From Eledone cirrhosa (taxonomy: Eukaryota): DNA of 64,000 nucleotides. This document shows, in pieces, positions 56,691 to 64,000 of the stretch. The notes beneath the pieces were generated by a model. It ran no database searches. It had not been told where the DNA came from and saw nothing but the letters and a program-made list of their open reading frames with translations. The position numbers were made by a program, and so were the translations under genes. Location of the stretch: NCBI GenBank assembly GCA_964016885.1, contig OZ024741.1:126356001-126420000 (forward strand), in the 5' to 3' direction. Every line of letters begins with the position of its first letter. Position 1 is the first letter of the stretch.

Positions 56691-58024
56691 GTACGAAAAA
56701 CAATTTCACTGCTGTTTGAAAACAGTTGGATTCACAGGAATATATGGCTTTATAAATATATTAAGTGGAAGCATTAGTTACAACTGAGTAATTCAATATG
56801 TAATTAGAATTTAACTGAAATATTAATGTCTAAGAATGGATGAATAATACAGAATCAAGGATAAAGAGAGACGCCATTTATTAAAAGCTCTTTTCATAAA
56901 TTGAGATAGAATAAAATAATTAAACAAATTATGGAGTGTGTTTATATGTATATTATTTAATAGGTAATGAACGGTAACATTCATTGATATTGTAAGCCAA
57001 GAAATTTAATTTGATAAAAATTACCCCCCCCCCCCCCCCCGTCGCCGTCTAATGGTGAGATCAATTATTCTTTTGTGAAATGATACTGGAACATTTAATC
57101 GTTGAGAAAATATTTTATATCGTGTCATGAAATATATGAAGACTCATGGTTTAGTTATTAGGATACTTGGGTCACGAGTTATGAGTTCGATTTACTGCAG
57201 CGCATTCTTTCCTTCAATAAGACCCTTTATTTTACGTTGCTCAAGTCCAATCAACTGTAAAAAATGAATTGTAATTGTTATTTAAAAGGGCCAGCTAGGT
57301 CACAGACTGCATCATACTAAATCTCCCTAAGAATTAAATGAAGGGTTTGTGGAATGTATGCACATTAATTGCCTGAGTAGGCAGTTGATAAAACAGCAAA
57401 AACACTAGTCGTCGGAACCGACAGAGTTACACTATCAACAACAGTGAAACGTACTGTGAAAAATATTTTTTCTGAAAAACTGCATATAGAAAAACTCTAT
57501 TGGCACGTGGTAAAATTACGTAATAAAAATAGCAGACTGTGCTATAGTATTACATTAGAATAACAATAGATTAAGTCTTGGTTTTTCTCGACAGTCGGAT
57601 TTCCGATATAGTAAAGTGGAAAAAAACATGTTTTAAATTAATATGTACAATTGTGGTGTATGTATGTATGTATGTATGTATGTATGTATGTATGTATGTA
57701 TGTATGTATGTATGTATGTATGTATGTATGTATGTATGTATGTAGGTATGTATGTATGTTATCTCTTTCTCTTAATTTCGAGTATATTTTTTTGACCGGC
57801 CACCTTCCTGGTGGCAAGGTTGTAAAAGAAAAGAAATTGTAATCCCTTGAATCGCAAGAATGTTTTGCAAATTTTGAAGGTGCCAGCTATCGCAGCCATT
57901 TGTAGACTATGAATTAGGGAGCTGCGCTCTTTGTCCGCAAATGTATGTATGTATGTATGTATGTATGTATGTATGTATGTATGTATGTATGTATGTATGT
58001 ATGTATGTATGTATGTATGTATTA

Positions 58025-58662
58025 TGTCAGGTCACCAGTTGGTGCTACTGGTAACATGTATCCCAGTACAACCTGTCTCATGGTCGGGTCGTTGGCGACT
58101 AAACTGGCAACCCAACCAAGGTTTCTTGGTGAGGAGGGTGACTTTGGACATCCTGCAGGACTAAAAACAAAACCTGTCAAAGGGCAAAGGAGCTCTTAAG
58201 AGTCAATGGCCATCCAAAATCACCGGGAGAGATGACCCCTTTAGCCTTAGTCAAGGCAGAATTCTAGGAGAAGGAAAACTCTGATATAACACCTGCAACC
58301 CTGATGGTATCCAATGATGTTGACTTGTTCTTCTTTTTGGTAAATAGCATCTTGGTTAAGAGAGTGGGACTGGCTTTGTGCAGTGCCTTTGCTCACTATA
58401 AAAGCTTCACGGCACAGGCATTGCTTTATATCTGGAGATCTCTCTGCACTTGTCCTCACATGGGCCCAGCACTATGTGTCAATGATTGTCCTACCATGGG
58501 CCTAGCACTATGTGTCAATAATTGTCACAGGTGTAGTGTTTGTACCAGAGGTTTCAAGTCGGTGGCTGGACTAAAAAGTCACACTCGTTCAGCGCTTCGG
58601 TAGGGGTTATCCTACATGGATGTAAAGTAGTGGCCGTACTCGAAAACGAGTTGGCAGCCACC
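58025..58662 (+). mobile_element. Internally deleted RTE-like element between (TATG)n tracts
   Basis: RTE-type leader ending ctaggagaaggaaaactctga and a 3' zinc-finger remnant CSVCTRGFKSVAGLKSHTRS. Confidence 0.6.
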
Positions 58663-58986
58663 ATGTATGTATGTATGTATGCGTGTATGTATGTGTGTGC
58701 ATGTGTGTGTATGTATGTTGTGTGTTTGATTTCCCAGCAAGACACGTTTTCAAGTTGGTGAGTTAACTCAGCTATAAATACCCTGTAATTCAATGGGCTA
58801 GCCATGTCTCACACAATTGTTTGGCGTTGAATATCCCAGAGAATTAATTTAAGGGTATACATGTCTATGGAATGCTCAGACACGTGCATGTTAACTTCAC
58901 GAGACGGCTGTCTGATTGATGAAACAACTGAAACGTCTTTACAAAATGTCTTTTTCGCGTAAATTGAAAATATATGTTCTACGCGT

Positions 58987-59118
<132 letters not shown>

Positions 59119-59186
59119 CATAATATATACATATAGATATATTATGTAATATATATATATATATATAATATATTTATATATGTATG

Positions 59187-59237
<51 letters not shown>

Positions 59238-59471
59238 TTAGAAACACACAGATACATGCGGACACACACATATATACATGAATGCATCCGCACCCAACTG
59301 TGAGTTAAGGGTGCCAACTTCACCGATGTTGCTCAATGAATGACTGGGACAGACCAATTCAGTTTGAACCAGACTGAACCAGTATCAGAGTTAAAAATAC
59401 ATTATGAAGAGAGAAGAAACATTTAGATATAATTAGTAATAAAATGTATCATACCTAAACTGTTCCTAAAT

Positions 59472-59559
59472 TCCTCGACTACGTAGTTTCGTGGCATAAA
59501 CAAAAACAATATATCAAAGATATAGAGTCCTTGCGAGGTCTGCCGACTTATCAAGAGGA
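59472..59559 (-). ncRNA. Type I hammerhead ribozyme, U3-A8 core (inverted copy)
   Basis: Reverse complement of 59942-60029. Confidence 0.85.
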
Positions 59560-59941
59560 TACCTCATTTTACTAGTCTCAAGAACGCGTCTACACGACGT
59601 GAGAAAGAATCCCAAAAGGCGGAGGGGGAGATAGTCACGCGATATAACGGTCGAGAAACAGAGCTAAGCCTCTTATAACCACGAAAAAATACCACGGAGG
59701 CGGAGGGGGTATTCATATCGAGGCCGTAGAAGAGGTAGTGAAGAAGGCGAGAAGTATGAGTAATGGAAGCTTTCCAGTTGTCCCCACACTTCAAAGATTG
59801 CTCGACCAGAGGGAGTTATTAATACATTTAGAAACACACAGATTTCTCGACCGTTATATCGCGTGACTATCTCCCCCTCCGCCTTCTGGGATTCTTTCTC
59901 ACGTCGTGTAGACGCGTTCTTGAGACTAGTAAAATGAGGTA

Positions 59942-60029
59942 TCCTCTTGATAAGTCGGCAGACCTCGCAAGGACTCTATATCTTTGATATATTGTTTTTG
60001 TTTATGCCACGAAACTACGTAGTCGAGGA
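59942..60029 (+). ncRNA. Type I hammerhead ribozyme, U3-A8 core
   Basis: tcctc-TTGATAA-gtcggca..tgccac-GAAA-ctacgtag-TC-gagga. Confidence 0.85.
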
Positions 60030-60098
60030 ATTTAGGAACAGTTTAGGTATGATACATTTTATTACTAATTATATCTAAATGTTTCTTCTCTCTTCATA

Positions 60099-60136
<38 letters not shown>

Positions 60137-60222
60137 GTGTATAATGGTAGCTATGGTGCTTCCATAGGCGGTATGCCAAAATTAGCACTCAATATTCATA
60201 CAGAGTAGAGTGTGGATAGTAT

Positions 60223-60257
<35 letters not shown>

Positions 60258-60260
<3 letters not shown>

Positions 60261-60548
60261 CGCGTGACTTTGAGGTTAGAGAATTTAGTCGTGAGTTCGA
60301 TTCCCGGCGGCGCAAGACACTTTATTTCACGTTGCTCCAGTTCACTCAGTTGACAAAAATAAGTTGTACCTGTAATTTGAAGGATCAGCCTTATCAACAT
60401 CCTGTGTTTCGCCAAATCTCCGTTAGAAGTACGTTAATGGTACACGTGTCTGTGGAATGCTCACCCACTTCCACGTTAATTTCACGAGCAGGCTGTTTCG
60501 TCGATCGGATCAACTGGAACACTCGTCGTCATAACCGACGGAGTGCCT
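60258..60548 (+). mobile_element. SINE family B variant with a long conserved core; other copies at about 16230-16420, 44600-44680(-), 57140-57425, 58805-58945(-), 61510-61830(-), 62960-63210(-)
   Basis: tRNA head + gtacacgtgtctgtggaatgctca..cacgagcaggctgtt..ctcgtcgtc. Confidence 0.8.
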
Positions 60549-60559
60549 TCCATCCATTC

Positions 60560-60712
<153 letters not shown>

Positions 60713-62497
60713 CTTTTTTTTCTTATTTTCCTAATATATATCAACTCGTGTGTCACTTCTCAACATTCTAAATATAATATTATATATATATATTTGGAAA
60801 ATAAAAAAAAAGTAGAAAATGCTAATATGATTTTCTCATAGAATAACAGAAAAACATTTTAAAAAAAATAATTTTAAGTACCGGTTTCAGCCGATAAAAA
60901 TTTCGAATTCTTCATGCTACAGGAAATATGATAAAAAGTATATAATAAAGTTAAGGTGTAGATTAATTAGAAGAGGATATTAGAGAACACATTAGAGTTT
61001 ACATATATAAATTCACATTTTCGTTTTCCTCTCTCTCTCTTCCTTAGTGGTGTGGTGGTAGTAGCGGCTAAAATAGCAGTTGGCTTGACCCCTATTACTG
61101 TCTGACTGCCATACATATACAAATACATTATATATATATATACATACACGGATATTTTGAATTGCTTTAGTTTCAATTTACGGGGAAACAAAATCAGCTA
61201 ATGATTTTTATTTTATTAATATACTGACAAGAGCAAAGGAAGTTATTGACTTGAGTGAATCAAGAATATGTTTCTGACTTGGCAGCAACTACCGAATAAT
61301 TTACGTATAGAATACTTAGAAAGTGTTCAAGAGATTACCATATCATAGTATCCAGTTACATTAATAATGATTATATGTTGGCAACCATCATAATTAAAGC
61401 CGGATTCCTATAGAGAATTAGTTTCAGTTATAATAGTAGAAACGTGCGAGAAATTCTTCAGATGATAGAATTTTAGTATCTAGAGCTTTCTCTCTCTCTC
61501 TGTTTGGATGTCTGACGATACTAGCGACGAGCTTTTCAGTTGCATGAACAACGGACCAGCCTGCTCTCGTGATTAATCAACGTATATTTGTCTGAGCATT
61601 CATCCGACACGTGCACCCTTAACGTAGTTTTCTTAAAGATTCAGCTTGACAGTATGCGTAACAGAGTTGGTTCTTTTAATTACAGGTACAAAAACTCATT
61701 TTTGCTAGCTGAGTTGCCTGACGCACGTTAATTAAAATGTGTTGCTGAAGGACGCAACATGCCGCTGTGAATCGAACATATGACCTTGCGATTGTGAGCC
61801 GAACGCCCTAATCATTATATTCCGCGCCTTCACATTAGAAGAGCTTCTAATCTACAAACTATATATAAAATCTTAACGAAATGCCGGACTATTAACTGCT
61901 AAAGTATTCGATAACGTAGGCAATGTCTTTACTTTCTACCAATCTCTATGTTCGTTTCAAACATATTTCTCCTTTAACCCCCTCCCTACTATCTACCTTT
62001 CATATATCTCAATATTGCTCTTTTCTTTCTTGTTTATCTCTTCCTGTTTTCTGTAATTCCTAAATCACAAACGATGGAATTTAATCAAGATTTATCATCT
62101 TTAAACGTCATGCATTGCGATATTTCATTCTTTTATTCTACTCTATGCCCATACAACATCACAGAGGCATGAAATAATACAATAGCAGTGATAGACAGTT
62201 TCTCCTATATCCCTCATATGTAGTAAATATTAAAAGAAATTTGTTTCGATACTATCAATACTAAATACGTTTGTCCCACTGATAATAAACACACTTGAAA
62301 TATTTACTAGATGTCGTTGAACAATGAAACACCTTTAATGTTTTATCCATGGCAATAGTTTTCTGCTGCATCGACATATTTGTAATGGCTATAAACTTCA
62401 AATACTTCTATATGATATACGATATATTCTTAGCTTTTAATAGTCATAAAACCAGCCTTTAAAATGACTTATGATATATTTTATGTAAACAAATAAT

Positions 62498-62873
62498 TGT
62501 TTCTACTTTTGGCACAAGGCCAGCAATTATCCCAGTGCATTGCTGGTACTTTATTTTATCGACCCCGTAAGGATAAAAGGCAAAGTTAACCTAGGCAGGA
62601 TTTGAACTCAGAGCGTAAAGGGACGTAACTCTATGCTACAAAGCATGGCGTCCGACCCTCTACCGATACTGCCAATCCACCGCCCTTATGTAAACAAATA
62701 ATGGTTTCTGATTTAGGTACAAGGCCAACAATTTCTTTTGGTGTGGGTAAAGTGGATTAAATACACCTCAGTATATTACGAGTGTTTTATATAATCGACC
62801 CCGTAAAGGGTCGTAACTATATGCCGCAAAGCATGTTGTCCGACGCTCTACTGATATTGCTAATCCGCCGCCC
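62498..62873 (-). mobile_element. Two tandem SINE family A copies sharing a 17-bp target-site duplication
   Basis: ttatgtaaacaaataat at 62481 and 62686; diverged copy at 62874. Confidence 0.85.
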
Positions 62874-63369
62874 TTAAGTAAACAAATGATAATATGATTT
62901 TCACAACCAATGAAAATTCAAATTTATTGGAAAAACGTGTGCTGAACCTTCGTGCATTACGACGACGAGTGTTCGATTTGGTCGAACAACGGAACAGTCT
63001 ACTTGTGAAATCAACGTGCAAATGGTTGAAAATTCCACAGACACGTGTACAATTAACGTATTTCTCACTGACAAGGCTGGCCCTTTGAACCATGGCGGTA
63101 CAACTCAGTTTTGCAGACTGAGTTGAGTGGAGCAGCGTGAAAGAAAATGTCTTGCTGAAGGACTCGAACTCACAATCGCGAACCTAACACTTTAACCACT
63201 AAGTCACGAACTGCAGTAAATTTGGCCTTTTCACGTTCATGTTTTTCATCGAACATATAATGTAGAATTATTTTAGACAAAGTACAATGCCAAGCTTTTG
63301 CAGGAGATGGCTATAGTGGATTGATTTGACAGTTTTATATTACTGGTATTAATTATAAGCCACGGAAGT

Positions 63370-63800
63370 CAGTGGATTGGCGGAATCGGTAGAGCAACGG
63401 ACAAGATGCTTTGCGGCATATAGTTACAGCCTTTTACGTTCTGAGTTCAAATCCCGTCGAGGTTAATTTTGCCTTTCATTCCTTATAGGATCAATGAAAT
63501 AAAGTACCAATAACGCACTGGTGTCGATTTAATCGACTTTCCCCTTCTCTTGAAATTGCTGGCCTTGTGCCAAAAGTGCAACCAATTAATTATATATTCA
63601 CGGAGGGTGATGGTCAAATTGCTTTGCGATATTTAGTTACGATTTTCTCTGCTCTGACTGCAAATCACGCCGAGGTCAATTTTGCCTTTCACCCTTCTGA
63701 GTCGATAAAATAAAGTACCCGTTAAGTACCGGGTTCAATATAATTGACTTTCCCTTTCGCCCGATTTGTTGATCTTATGACAATATTAGAAATAATTAAT
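63370..63800 (+). mobile_element. Two SINE family A copies
   Basis: tggcggaatcggtagagc..gagttcaaatccc and body. Confidence 0.8.
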
Positions 63801-64000
63801 ATAGCCACTGGCAAAATTTGAACTCATAATATATTTCTTTATGTTTTCAGCATTTGCTCCACACAGCCGAGCAACATTGTTTCTTCTCCACTCACTTACA
63901 TAGCATGTATTTATGATGTGTAAAGGCGTGTGATTTAGAGATTAGGGCGTACAGCTCATATTCGTATGGTTGCATATTCAATTCCCCGTGGTACGTTGTG

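Larger units (their letters stand above)
59396..60104. mobile_element. Inverted-repeat pLTR element (about 260-bp arms, 59398-59658 vs 59843-60103)
   Basis: Near-perfect reverse-complement arms; right end abuts (TA)n. Confidence 0.92.

Overview
Repeat-saturated eukaryotic (animal) DNA with no intact protein-coding gene. The microsatellite and tRNA-SINE landscape suggests a cephalopod such as Octopus (inference). There is one 200-N assembly gap and one candidate host exon (56281-56412, minus). The dominant hidden structure is a Penelope-like retroelement (PLE, Naiad-type) ecosystem. It includes one near-full-length RT + GIY-YIG copy with a 3.1-kb inverted arm, three further RT/EN remnants, and about 22 hand-folded type I hammerhead ribozymes (HHRs) from about 15 distinct sequence families. 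Most HHRs have palindromic stem III, lie in inverted pairs and sit in (TA)n tracts. The most unusual observations are: (i) up to four families with a covariant U3-A8 catalytic core; (ii) a decayed orphan ORF antisense to two different HHR/PLE 3' regions that appears homologous between them; (iii) a 1376-nt HHR-to-HHR unit lacking RT but carrying a small orphan ORF; (iv) an HHR-bounded unit whose cargo is mostly microsatellite DNA. RTE, CR1-like, RLE-type, mariner and hAT remnants, SINEs and a 6.7-kb 23-bp minisatellite fill the rest. All folds and alignments were done by eye, and boundaries may be off by a few bases.
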